DNA of 53,549 bases, counting the filler, from Sphacelaria rigidula (Eukaryota), in the NCBI GenBank assembly GCA_964200075.2. It is 4 parts of 4 records of this genome, joined end to end, with 100 filler letters (N's around TTAATTAATTAA, not from the genome) between each part and the next. Parts side by side here need not be neighbours in the genome. Positions count along the whole stretch, not along the records: positions 13,414 to 26,726 come from CAXNAA020002973.1; positions 26,827 to 40,138 come from CAXNAA020002974.1; 2 more parts are not named here. One strand, 5' to 3'. The notes beneath the pieces are model-generated. The model did no database searches. It saw nothing but the letters and a program-made list of their open reading frames with translations, and was not told where the DNA came from. The position numbers were made by a program, and so were the translations under genes. Of the stretch, positions 23,307-35,620 are shown piece after piece. How positions within the stretch are numbered: the stretch's first letter is position 1; the number at the start of each line of letters is the position of its first letter.

Positions 23307-25254
23307 ATGCGAGGTCAGTGTGATCATATGACTATGGCGTGCAAGACCATAAGCACACTCCTCACCCCCCCCCTCGCGGTCAGCAGTATAATACACTACA
23401 ATTTGCCAAATTTCTCGAAACGTACGCCGGTATAGTGTCGACCAACAAACCGCGTCTACTGTCAAGAACTATTAACAGCAGACTTGTTCGCAATAACGAG
23501 ACGTGGTCATCTCGACGGGTCCTGCCTTGTGCCCTCCGTCCCGAAGATTGTTGTGTGCTTGCTCGCGATACGGTAAAAACGAATTAATGTACTCGCGTAT
23601 AATGCACCTACGAGGCACGAGATTTCTGCGCCTTGTGCGGCAAGGAAAGTCCGGGGTGTCATCTCTATGCCATACGTTTTTGTCAGAAGCCACGGTTCTC
23701 GGTTGGTCGACTGCCTGACTGCCCTTTGACACGACGGAGCGGAGTAAATCAGCATGCAGTGCAGTGTCGACGTGTATGACTTCAAGTAAAAATATGGAAT
23801 ACACAGGGTTAGTGTAATTATGCCGTACTCAACATTTCCAATGTAGCCCACACATCTGATCTACCAGTAAGCAAGCGAAATAACGCGAACAGCCTGAGGA
23901 AAAAGTAGGCACAAAATTTATCCTTCGTCAATGATGACCAACATGATCGTAATTGTTCATTTTGCCAGCCCTCCCGCCGAAAGGGTGGTTGGCGATAGGT
24001 GAGACGGATCGAAGGCACTGTAGCATACACCCCAGAACAAATCTTGGCGACAACACACGACATGTACTTCATCATAGTGTATTTTACTACTATTACATTA
24101 TAGTACATCTTCCAAGATGTTCGGAGCGTGAACTATGATTTAACCCTACCCGTGTGCACTATCCGATACAAGTTCATTGTCATCCGGCGCTTCATTGAAA
24201 ACTATCCAACTGCCTTCTTCCTAGAGCAAGGGCGAGAACCTCAAGGGCATAATAGCCAGACCGTGATACTTTCCAACAATACACAACTCAGGACTTGCTA
24301 CATACTTAGTACATGAATGAACAATGACGATCTACAGTATTGCACAGAAAAAACGTGGACAAGTTACCATCACTCGCAATTCACACGCACCACTACTCGT
24401 AGAATAAAATATACAATCTGAGCATTGTAGCCATGACTCACATAGTGTCAATGGAACTCCAAAATTTACAAAAACACGCACGCTTCGAGGTGCAACAACA
24501 GATCAGCTGCGTTCCTCCACGGACTTCCAATCCGTCCGAAATACTCAGATCCGGGGTCTGGCAAATAACACAAGATCGCGATGACGTATCCAGCAAGAAA
24601 GGATATTTCAGACTCAACGGATGGCTGCTATATGTCCCAACGTTGCGCTTGCCATGATCATGGATTTGTGAAACCGGGGTCACGTCTTCATCCGACAAAT
24701 AAACCAGTATCACAGGCAGTAGAAGAGGGGTCCCTATGTGGCGACAAAGGATGGAGTCGTGAATATTTCTAAACCGTGCGCCAGGGATGCAAAAGAGCAG
24801 AAGTTTGCGGAAACTGCTGCATCGAAAAAACTGTTCCCGAACGACTGTCGTGAATCGACACGCTTCCGCGAGGCCTCTGCCAAGAATGACCCTCGTTTCA
24901 GTTGTCAATATCATTGCGTTCAAACAACTTCCTCATGTACCCCAATGCATGACGCCCCATTGTTCTCTTCGTCGCACTCATTCTTCGCCAGGCTTCGTTC
25001 ACCTCGATTAAATATTAGGATTCCTACAGTAAAAGAAACTAAAACCGGCGGGCGCCGTCGGGGCTAACAGTTCCTCTTAAGTATATCCTCGGGAGATATA
25101 GAGCTGCGAGTATTGGTAAACCCCCCAACGCGCTCAGTCGACCATTTTCCAAGAACTACCTCCCACGATATACAAACCATGAGATGCCTGTGGGCTTTAC
25201 GAAATAGCGGCTACGAATCTGCGTCGACGAGCTGTATCATGTACGAAATGCGTT

Positions 25255-25446
25255 CTACTGGTTACCGCCCGCCTCTAACTCGGATACACTGTAAGGAGGC
25301 GTGTACGCTGGATTTTGGCGGGGGGCGGGGAAGCCGCTCAGCAAGATGGGGCCATCTTGCGGCCAGAGCTCGTAGCCTTCTCCAAAATTGAGGATACTCG
25401 CGTATGACCTCTTCATCAGGGCTTCGTACCATGCGACGCTATCCGC
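25255..25446 (-). CDS. Exostosin/GT47-type, RXYLT1-like glycosyltransferase, last exon
   Basis: cag acceptor, phase 0. ADSVAWYEALMKRSYASIL... to TAG; continues KLQ|ADSVAWY. Confidence 0.75.
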   Translation of the reverse strand, partial: ADSVAWYEALMKRSYASILNFGEGYELWPQDGPILLSGFPAPRQNPAYTPPYSVSELEAGGNQ

Positions 25447-25848
25447 CTGCGATGTTGTGTGGAAAATGGAGTATGACAAATAAAGTGAGTATATGAATGT
25501 AGCTAACCTGCGCACCGAGCGGTTGTCCAAACTTCTCAACACCATCGCTGAAATAACAGAACAGCGTCAACAAATGAACAAAATCAACAACAACTGCAGG
25601 ACTGACCCTTCGACTGGCCGGGTGGGACATGTTAGTCTCTTGCTTGTACTTTCATTATTATTATTTTCAGTGGAAATAGATGATGTCGATGCAACGGACG
25701 ACCCCATCCCAGATGCCGGAGAGTTAAATTCACGAACCTAAATGCATTGCAGACCACTAGAAGCCATCTACAAGCATGGAACTTTACTTGCGTTCGGTTT
25801 GCAAAACCCCTGATGCACCCCTGCACTCTTGAAGGCACAAACAATTAC

Positions 25849-26050
25849 CTGTAGCTTCTGTATCACCGCCGGTGACTCCGACCTCAGTCTGTCCAAAACC
25901 TGCGGCAATTCTTCCCAGCTCGCCACAGACGCGGCCATAGCGAACGGCGAACCCGCAACTGTGTTCCAGGACGCCTGCCCCTCCCCGCAGGGAAACGGGG
26001 GCTTGAAGGACGGATACAGGAAGTCCTGTCTGCTGACTATCGGTATAGAG
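25849..26050 (-). CDS. Exostosin/GT47-type, RXYLT1-like glycosyltransferase, penultimate exon
   Basis: cag acceptor, phase 2 (GG|C gives EALEAG-SIPIV). Contains GSPF...VASWEELPQVL; gtaatt donor. Confidence 0.85.
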
Positions 26051-26446
26051 CTGTTTTTGTCGTGGGTATAATTGCAACGTAAGAAAAGAGGGGCAGAAAG
26101 TGTAGCAAATGAGAACGGCATCTTGAAATGTTCGTGAGGTCCGCGACGGTTGCAAAAGATAATTCATCGGTGTGTTGAGACCCAACATGTGTGTGTTCGT
26201 TCTCCCCGCCTCCTCCTCGCAGTCCGCTTTTCATCGCTAAAAAATGCGCGATTGCTTTTGTCACATTGCCTTCAACGTCGTAATCCAGGCGTCACAGAGT
26301 AAGACACGCGCAAGAACATTGATATCACGTGCTAGCGTCAACATCAGTGTACATACATGATGAGGAGCTGTGACCATCATCTTTTAGCCAGTCGTATGCA
26401 ACAGTCATGTCATCGGTACGACCACAGACCGATGGACCTCTCTCAC

Positions 26447-26658
26447 CCAGCTTCCAAGGCCTCGAACATGCGGTGGCTCTCCGGGTTATGCCCTCCCGGA
26501 CATATCGTGAACGTGGAATTCAGCAAAAGCTTTTGGTACTCATTGCCGTCGAGGTTTGGTCCCATCACATGAGCATTCTGCTCGACATGGTCCAGGCCGT
26601 AGTCTCTTGCGATTTGAATCAGGCGAACCCTCCGGGGCGCGGTGGTATGTTCCCCAAG
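26447..26658 (-). CDS. Exostosin/GT47-type, RXYLT1-like glycosyltransferase, internal exon
   Basis: YQKLLLNSTFTICPGGHNPESHRMFEALEAG matches the GT47 motif Y...L..S.F.LCP.G......R.FEAL..G.IP. cag acceptor and gtgaga donor. The 5' exons lie beyond the contig end. Confidence 0.9.
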
Positions 26659-26726
26659 CTGCCCCGAAAGAGAAAACGTCCAGAGAAAGAAAGAGCGAAA
26701 GAGAGAGGGGGGGGGGGTACTCATTT

Positions 26727-26826
26727 NNNNNNNNNNNNNNNNNNNNNNNNNNNNNNNNNNNNNNNNNNNNTTAATTAATTAANNNNNNNNNNNNNNNNNN
26801 NNNNNNNNNNNNNNNNNNNNNNNNNN
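26727..26826. other. Artificial contig linker
   Basis: 100 bp: N44-TTAATTAATTAA-N44. Confidence 0.98.
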
Positions 26827-27330
26827 GACACAATCCCGTGGAGCGGTTGATTCTCATTTCAAAAGACGTTCTCATTTTTCTGGCAACCCTGTTTAGGGTC
26901 ATCGGCAGATAGACATCCTCGACGGCGTAGGATCTTGCGGACGGTTATCATTACTACATGGTTGATTTCGGAAATCCGCTCAACTGTGGCGCATATGCCA
27001 TTGGAGACACTTGCAATGAATCTCGCCGTCGAAATGACTATTTCCCATCCGGTTCCCTAGCGTTCCTAATAGCCGGGCCAACCGCAAACCCCCGTGAGCA
27101 TGAGGTAAAGGATATCGGCCCGTGTATTGGAGGGTGTCACTGGCATCAGAAGTCGACGTGAATGTGTTGTCTGTGTCTGCGTGAGGAATAACTTGAAGCG
27201 TAACAGCTCCGGTAAATTCCATGCGTGACAGCGGGTTCCATTATTCCGTCGTGTCGCAGTGTAATGTAGACAAGATGCCGAAGCATGCACGTCGATGGTA
27301 TGAACTGTCATCACGATGCTTACAGGAACT

Positions 27331-27590
27331 TGGTTTTGAAAATCGGCCGATGTGTGTCATGAACTGAATTCCGCCACAAAGCCGGTAGTGTGCTGTAGTG
27401 CGTATGGGGAGCTGGTTTTGAAAATCGGCCGATGTGTGTCATAAATTGAATTCCGCCACGAAGCCGGTAGTGTGCTGTCGCGCGTATGGGGAGCTGGTTT
27501 TGAAAATCGACCGATGCCTGTCACGAAAAGAATACCGCCACAAAGCCGGTAGTGTGCTGTAGCGCTTACGGGGAGCTGGTTTTGAAAACC
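27331..27590 (+). repeat. 82-bp minisatellite, about 3.2 copies
   Basis: tggttttgaaaa recurs at 27331, 27413, 27495 and 27577 with near-identical intervening sequence. Confidence 0.92.
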
Positions 27591-28314
27591 GACTCAGGTA
27601 TCCCCCATCATCAGACTCTCCTCTGGGGCGTAGATATGATGGATCGAATATGATACCACTGCTTGGCTTGGCGGAGAGAATGTATCTTACCGGTCATATG
27701 TGAGTCGGAATTTAGAATGGAAGATCCGAATATTGCCAATGTCGTCAGGTGTTGAGGGTTTTCGCTACCTGTTCGAATCGATGGTTTATTTTATGGGGAT
27801 GGTGTCTCAGACCCTTACGCGAATACTGACCCTAACTCCGTCCTGGGAAGCGGGAGACCCCTGGGCTTGTCAAATGCAACATGCATCCTGGGGTAAGTGT
27901 GCGTTCAGTAATGCTACGATAGGGGTTACTGTTTCAGCCAAGATGTTTCTCGGGGTGTTGGACGGGTCATTTTGAGAATCGGCATTGTTTTTATTTGAAA
28001 AATATTACCGAAAATGATGCCGATTCACGAAAACCTTCCGTGCTAAGGCGGTCTCGCCCCCTCGAGAACTCCAGTACAGTACCGCGGGAGGTTAAACTCC
28101 TCACCGTACACCATCGTGAAGAGGGCGCTTCTTGTTTGGCCTTGGCTCGAAACGAAGCAGGGTTAGGGTGCCCCCCCCCAAATTCCCAGACCATATGCCC
28201 CTTTATTGAATCCTGGAGGTTTCCGGGGGGATGGGGGGATTACTAAATATCATATACATGAATACTAAAACAATAATAATAATGATATAAAATAAATCAT
28301 AAATTAAAAAGTAT

Positions 28315-28646
28315 ATGTGTGTGTTGTCGTCCCATCTATTCAGGACGCCGGTCTACACCTGTCGGTATATGTGGGCGCACCAGCCGGGGTCACACAGGAG
28401 TAAGGTCAACAAAGGATTTTTTTTCCTTTTTGGTTTATTTTTTGTACTTCACCTTCCTTCTGCGGTGCTTGCCTTTATTATGTATCGCGAGGGGGGTTCA
28501 GCACTCCCTTTCTCTCGTCGACCGTTAAATCGGATTTCTGTGTACCCTTGACATTGCCGCTCTCCACTGTTGAGCATGGTGCGAGATAAAATCCTAGATC
28601 GCTCCGAGATTTGAACCCACGACCCAACCGTCAGAAGCTTTCGAGG
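28315..28646 (-). mobile_element. tRNA-derived SINE, copy 2 (5'-truncated)
   Basis: B box GGTTCAAATC on the minus strand; body and CA tail homologous to 17955-18392; A box absent. Confidence 0.8.
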
Positions 28647-29362
28647 CATGAAAAATAAATTTTGCGTTGATGAAGCTTTAATTCTTCGCATACATTCGGA
28701 GCCAAGTGACGCCAAGTTATATTTATGGGTTTTCAAGGGTCTGACAAATATATATTTCGGGACAATTAGTCCCCAAGATCGAAAATTCGAGTTTTTGAGG
28801 GGGGGGGAGACCCAGCCCGCTGTCCCCCACTTTATTGCCGAGGCGTTGTCGGATACGGTCCATCGGGACAGGGCGGGCAAGGAGGAGCAGAATCAAATAT
28901 ACGAACCTCGCAAAGCCCGCCAGAATTTTCGGCTTTTATCAGTGTGTGTTGATCAATTTATTTCAACAGTTTCAACAATTTCAACAAAAAAGTAAAAAAT
29001 AAAAATAAAAATACCAAAACAAATGTAAAAAATCATCATAATTTTCGGCAATACATTGCACATTACACGTCCACGACCACTACAAGACCAGACAAATATC
29101 ACAATGCTCTGCAATACTTGCCCAATCAAGCTAAACGCATCTATCTGCACCGCCAATTTGCGTCCCATGTGCGTCGCATCTTGTAGTGGAAGATAGAGCC
29201 AACAATCATGGGCGCTACTTCACCCAAGTCGCCCCATAATGGCTATCATTGAGTTTTTCTTGTTGCGAAAAAAACAAATCCTACGACCGCCGAAAGGGGG
29301 GAGGGGGGGAGGGGGTGGCGGAATAGGGTCTCGGAGTTTTTTTCTGGGGCACCCGTGTTTAA

Positions 29363-29567
29363 CCCTTAGACCGCGAGGAGTGTAGTTCATCTGGACTATG
29401 CATGCTTTTTAAAAGTGAAATTGATGCCGATTCAACAGATGACCTACTCTCGCTGTCCGAGGGTTAACCCTTCGACCGTGAGGAGGGTAGTCCATCAGGA
29501 TGGGGCATACTTTTTCAAGTGGAACTGTTGCCGATTCAACAGGTGACCCGCTCTCGCCGTCTAAGGG
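29363..29567 (+). mobile_element. Tandem pair of piggyBac-like MITEs, copies 6-7 (29363-29463, 29468-29567)
   Basis: TTAA-CCC...GGG-TTAA-CCC...GGG-TGAA. Confidence 0.9.
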
Positions 29568-29976
29568 TGAATGTGGGTGCTTCAGCGTTCAGAACATGTC
29601 GATGAGGTGTGTTATTGACAAGGGAAGCGGGCTGCAATAAATGAACGAGCCAAGCGATGAAGTGTGCGATAACAGCGGCCGCAGCTCCTATCAATGCGGT
29701 ATTGACGACAGCATGTCACCGGGGTGAGTTTGTGGTCCAGCATATTGTTCGCGTCACACATCGTGGGGACAAAATGCGTTCGTTTCATTCACTGCTGATT
29801 GGTTGACTGGTTAATTTTCTCGCTGTATCGACTGCGCCGTCAAGTATTACCACACGGCATTGCCGTGTGCTGTGATTGTGGAGTGTACTGCACTGTGCCC
29901 TATGATACGACGGCACGACGCAGCTCAAGATGATGGACTGCTTGCCCGTTCTTCGCTTGACTGCCAGTAGAATCAA

Positions 29977-30286
29977 CCCTTAGACGGTGAGGGCAGTCCA
30001 TCTTGACCGTGCATACTTTTCTCAAGTGAAAATTGGTGCCGATTCAGCAGGTGACCAACCCTCGCGGTCAAAGGGTTAACCCTCAAACCGCGATGCGGGT
30101 AGTCTATCTGGATCACACGCACTATTTCAAGTGAAATTAAAATTCCGCAGGTGACCTACCCTCGCGGTGAAAGGGGTAACCTTTAGACCGCGGTGCGGGC
30201 AGTCCGTCTGGATCACGCATATTTTCACTATCTCAAGTGAAAATTGATGTCGATTCAGCAGGTGATCCATCCTCGCGGTCCAAGGG
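29977..30286 (+). mobile_element. Tandem triplet of piggyBac-like MITEs, copies 8-10 (29977-30075, 30080-30175, 30180-30286)
   Basis: TCAA-CCC...GGG-TTAA-CCC...GGG-GTAA-CCT...GGG-TTAA. Confidence 0.9.
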
Positions 30287-33200
30287 TTAACGTTATAATG
30301 ATAGAGTATCTAATGCACTGGCTGAGGTTTCTCAGTACGAGTACCAGGAGATACCATTGGTGTTATGGTATTTGAAGAAACTGGCGTCGATAAGGTACCG
30401 TGGCGCTGTGTACATCAGATATCGGAGTAAATGAACATTGGATATGACTCTTGGTCCGCTGCCGTGGCTTGTCAGCTTGTTGGAAGATACAGATCTACAA
30501 TGTGTTCTGGATAGTCGATGGGAAGTACAGTATGGCTGATGTCTGCACATCGAATAATCATGTGCACAACGTAGAGTGTTCCAGGTACGTTTGTTGGATG
30601 GAGGGTCTCTGCTCTTTGGTTATTGTATTATGATTTGATGTGGATATATTTCCTGCGTAAGGTGGTTACACCATCGCCCCGAGCGCATCTGAGCTCGCTT
30701 CATTTTGGGGCCAGGATAACATCAGCCTTGCCGCCGTTGCTCTGAGTTCCAAGTGAGTCCTTACGGGAGAGTTGTGGTCTTGGGGAAACTACTGGCTCCG
30801 GTTCGTATTGTGAATTAGAAAGAGATAATCAATTGTTTTTGCGTAGACACCTGGATTCGATTACTGCTGCTGTCACAGTATTGGGTCTGTATTGATTTAC
30901 TGCACTATGCTGAGCGCTTTGCAACCTAGCTCCCACAGCTTGAGCCCCTGTTCGTGAGAGCATCAGGGCAAAGGTGGACTGAGGCTGCCTTCTCCATAGC
31001 GATTGAGTCAGAAGTTCATAATATATGGGGCTTCAGCTGGGATAATAATAATAAACATGGGCTTCAGCAGGGATGGTAATAATAATAATAGTATATGGGG
31101 TTTCAGCTCGTAGCGAGCAAGCTCTTGTTGTGTGCTGCCTCATTCGTTGCAAGGTGTTCTCGCATGCTCCCTTCAAGGTGTCTCCTGCATTGAATGTTTC
31201 CGTGGAACGGCCTGTTCAGCACCCAGGCTCATCTTTTCTTTTTTCGTCCCGCTTCTGTACGCTGGTTAGGCCTCGGTTGCCGACTGCAGCAACCACACCC
31301 GTATCAGTAGCGCGCATCCTGTACGCTCTACCTTGAGTGTTTCCAGCCGTGTGCGCCGCCCTGCCCAGGCCGTCGCTGTTATTGTACTGCATATCGTACC
31401 ACAAAGGTGTACGCACCAGTGTTTGTCTACTCTTTGCAGTACTGTTCCGATTACAATCATGTCACCGCCCCCCACCCCGCCCCCTCTCCCCCATGCGCGC
31501 ACCTTGCGCCGCATTCGTCGAGATATCGCACGGGCACAAAAGTTAGCAGACACTGCCAGTCGCCATACACAAAGATGCACTCTTGTAAATGATGTGCCAT
31601 CTCATGCTCCAACCGACACTCTTCCGCTCAACCCCACACTGGCACCACTTCAGCGCCCTGTCATGCCGAGTCGGCACGATGTTGTGCATCAAACGATCGC
31701 TCTATGCATAGTAGTGGCAACCAACATTCCCCCTCTTCTCGTTTTCACACAGACAGCACGCGTTTGGATATTTTCACAGCTATTCAACAAGCACATCTGG
31801 ATAGTGCTGGTGGATAGGTTATATTGCAGCGCGGTGTGCTTGACCCTGCTGAACTTTACAGCACGGCCCCCCTGAACACATCAGCTGGTCAGCCTCGGAC
31901 AAACTATCCGTCTGGCCCTCCTACACACGTTTTCGTACCAGTTTTGGATCTTGTGGGAAATATGTCGAGTACACTCGGGTCACAAACGAGTGCTACCTCG
32001 CCGGATCCACCATTCTCCGTTTCTGATGTAGCAACTGTCTCGTCCGCTCCCCTGACCACCTGTACTGTACAATTTCCATCTACTGTAGATCACGCGAATT
32101 CTATTTCTCTGGACCCCGGCGACGTTGACGCTTTTGCCGGCCTGTTTTCTGTACGTGTACCCCGGCGCCCCTCACACCAGCCCCGACACATACATGTACA
32201 GACAGTCGCCCCTGCCGGTCGTACACCACCCCTCACCTCCCCTACGCAGCACAACCGCTCGATACGAGCGTACAGTCGAGTAGACTTCCCCCAAACCCCC
32301 TGCAGCAGCATAGCCGCTGATCCTCGGTCCCTCATACACCGTTTCATTTCCGCCATCCCTGGCTCGAGCAACTGCGCAGACACAAAACTAACGAGGGCGG
32401 AACCCGCGAACACGGTTGCTGCTGACCTACGCGCCGGTGTTGACGATGACACCGGGGATACGCCTCCTGAGGGTAACGGTGGCGTGCCCGCGGGTGAGAT
32501 TGGTGCAGTGTCTAGTGTTATCAGTTCCGAGGAGGATCAGGGTCTTCCTAGGTCTTTTTTCTCTGGTAGAGCTCATACTATGATTGATACGCCTGCCCCT
32601 GGACCGGCTACAGTCGCCCCCGATCTTTTTCCTCCTGACATGGGCTCTCAGATTCGTTTTACCACACTCCACTATGTAACTACCGCCCCCCACGGCACAA
32701 GCGCCGAGGAAGGCTCCTTTAGTGACGACGAGGTCGATGGTATACATCCCGGGGTCACCAACATTTTACAGGATGACGATCAATCACGCCCTACGCCGGA
32801 TTCCGCTTCGGAACCTACTGATGACACCTCGTTGACCGCGAGGTTCAATACCTTAATCTCGGCAAAACGTCTCAAGAGCACGTCGTCCCGCCCCCCCCAA
32901 AGAGATCGCATCAAAGCAAAACGCGCATTCACTCACAGTAGACCGGCAAAATTGTCGGAAACACAATGGAAATCGATGACGGCCACTGAGCAGAAGGAAT
33001 ACTGGGAAACGTCTTGGGCCCACGCCGCGCAGGCCAACGCCGAGCGTGCCCGCTTTGAGGAGCATCAAGCCATGCAAAACCGCGCTAATTGTAGTCGGGA
33101 GTACTTCGAAACCCAACGAGCGAATGAGAAACGTCAAGCGGCCGGAACGAAAGCTCTTGCATCCGCCCAACTTTCGAAAGACAAACTTGTAACTGCCTCG

Positions 33201-34535
33201 CACAGGCCGAAGCCAAATACGCTGCTGCTGTTCGTGCTGTGCAGCTTGAAAAAAATAAAGCCCAAGCCCTCATCACCGACAAATTGCACGAACTCCGCGG
33301 TTTTGGGGGTGACATCCCTGGCACAGAAATTCCCGCCACAGACACCACCCCCCATCATACCACCGCGTCGCCTGTTGCCTCCTCTCAGCCCCAGGTTTCC
33401 CCGCACACGGCGTCTTACGTCCAGCACAGCAATTTAGTAGCGGTACATTCCACCCCCCTTACTTAAACAGCGTCTTTCACGCAGCCTCCCCCACCTAGCA
33501 CCCCCCCCACCGGCGCACCTTGTGGAAGCTACTCGCCGTCGACTGTCCATGTCGTCATCGACTGTTGCAGCAGCAGGGCCACTTGGGCCGGGCCCAACGG
33601 GCCCCGCGCCTCAGACAACCGCACAGTCGGATGATTCAGGACCGAACTTTCCCCACATCGAGAAGTTCTCCAACATGCCGCTCACGAAGTTTAGTTCCGA
33701 ATTCTCCGACTTAGTCATATATATTTTCGGCCATGAACGCCTCGCAGAGAATATTGTGGATAAGGCGTTATCACTCCAGTCAGAACTGCCCCACCACCAA
33801 GAAATTTCTTTGAAGGATGCATCTGACCTAATCATGCAAAATCGCCATGATCCCCCATACCCCCGGCTTCGGTGGGGTCTAGTAGAACCTCTCGCAAAGC
33901 ACTTTCGGGCAGTTGGACGCATTCGGTCCAGTCCGCCCACAGGACAAGCGACTGACAATTTACACGGTAGACAGAGAGTCCAAGGACTAGGGTCCTCGCG
34001 GGGTACCCCGGCGGAAGTCAACCAAGGTACAGAAAACATGCAGTCCGGCAGTGGATTCTCGGATGGAAGTCTCCGCATAGACGCCCATCTCCCAGGTACA
34101 TGGCAAGTAGTAGGTTCGGGTCGAGCCTCACCCCACCAGCGCAATAATGGCACCGAAGCAGAAGCGCCTTGGATATCGACAGCTTACGTAGACTCCGACT
34201 CGGGTGAGGCCTCTCCCGATCAACGACTCTCTTCCACCATTGCCCGGGCACGTCACGCCGCGCTCTCCACCAAGACAGACGACTCTGGAAACCACTGACA
34301 CGACTAATCCGACCACCAAAGCCACCCCAGGCGGCCAGCCGTCACTGCCTGCAGTCACTGCACCAACGACCACACACCGTAGCCCGGAAGAGATAAGTGA
34401 CGTGAAACGCGCTTACCTCCAGCTTAATCTGAGACAAGTAGGCTCGATCCAGCCAAGTCTGCCCTTCCACGCGGATGCGACGGAAGCACATCCTGTAGCC
34501 AGCTGTGTAAGTCCATTACGGATACGCTGCTAGAC

Positions 34536-35620
34536 ATGCTGCAAGTTTTCGACGAACAATTCAGAGACATGAAGACAAATGTTTGGGTCGACGGTTGGAC
34601 CAGACCACTACAGCGGGCCCTGGGGGATGCCGTCGTACAGGATTCCCCGCGTGCGGCCGACATGATTGGTATGATCGGCGACAATTTTGCACAAGTCTCT
34701 CGCGCTCAATCACTTGGTACCTCTGGGTTCGATGCTTTTTCTCTCCTCCTCCGGCTACTGAGTTCCAGCCTCTATTCCAGCTATGACAGCCAATCTTTCG
34801 AACAGCTTTTGATGTACCACGTACCCGAAGGCACCCCGTTCAACAAATATCGACGCGGGTTCCGTGAGCTAGTCACAGGGACTGTTGATGGAGGGAGAGA
34901 GCTTGCGCCCACCCAGGATATGATCATGAGTGTATTCCGATTCAGCATGAGTCGACAATTTCCCGCCCTAATGCCAATCGTTTTCGCCAACGAGGCGGCC
35001 ACCGCTTCGGTTCCGTTTGCTGACATTGAAACTATGTGGAGCAAACTTGATAGTCTACGTGCAAACCGCACGCCCGCTTTGCCGTATGACTCTAGCCCCG
35101 GTACTTACGAGCAGGCCCCAGCACCGTCCAGTGTTTCAAGTAGTGTCGCATCCCGCCCACATATCGACACCCACACATACCCTGATCCTCGTGCACCCCG
35201 TACGGACGATTCACGCACCAAAACTGCGAAAAGTCCGTGAATACCGGAGTCCATGTTGTCTACGGGTCAAGTAATGGAGGTGAATTCAATCGACTACCGC
35301 GACCCCTTTGCTAGCCGTTTCCCTAGCTGGCCCTTGTCTCATGAAACCTGGCAACATGTATACAACGTCAGTATGTCAATGCACAACAATGATCCGCCAT
35401 TGTGGGCCTCAGACATTGACCCCGCCGCACGGTCGGATCTCATTCGCCGGTTTAAGGACAGTTGTTTAAACTGCGGGTTGGGTTTTAATCCCCAAACGCG
35501 CTGCACTTCGGATGGTAGAGTTGCTGCGCATTCAATGCGCCAGTGTCGAACGCCTTTCACAAGTTCGTCGGATCTCTTGAACAGGGCTTTTTCAAACCCG
35601 AGTACGCGCACTGCTGGCCT
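34536..35620 (+). pseudogene. Gag-like region with an atypical zinc knuckle
   Basis: Helical-looking ORF 34536-35240, then CLNC-x18-H-SMRQ-C at 35463-35546, upstream of the protease. Confidence 0.55.

Noticed and set aside
619..26658. Functional cluster of RSH, HHIP-like and glycosyltransferase genes
   Set aside because: RSH is on a different contig. The other two are merely neighbours with no evidence of a shared pathway.
27331..27590. CRISPR array
   Set aside because: The whole 82-bp unit is repeated; there are no variable spacers.
30291..31458. 5' LTR and primer-binding site of the Gypsy element
   Set aside because: The position is plausible, but there is no second LTR to compare and no convincing TG...CA plus PBS, so no boundaries were called.
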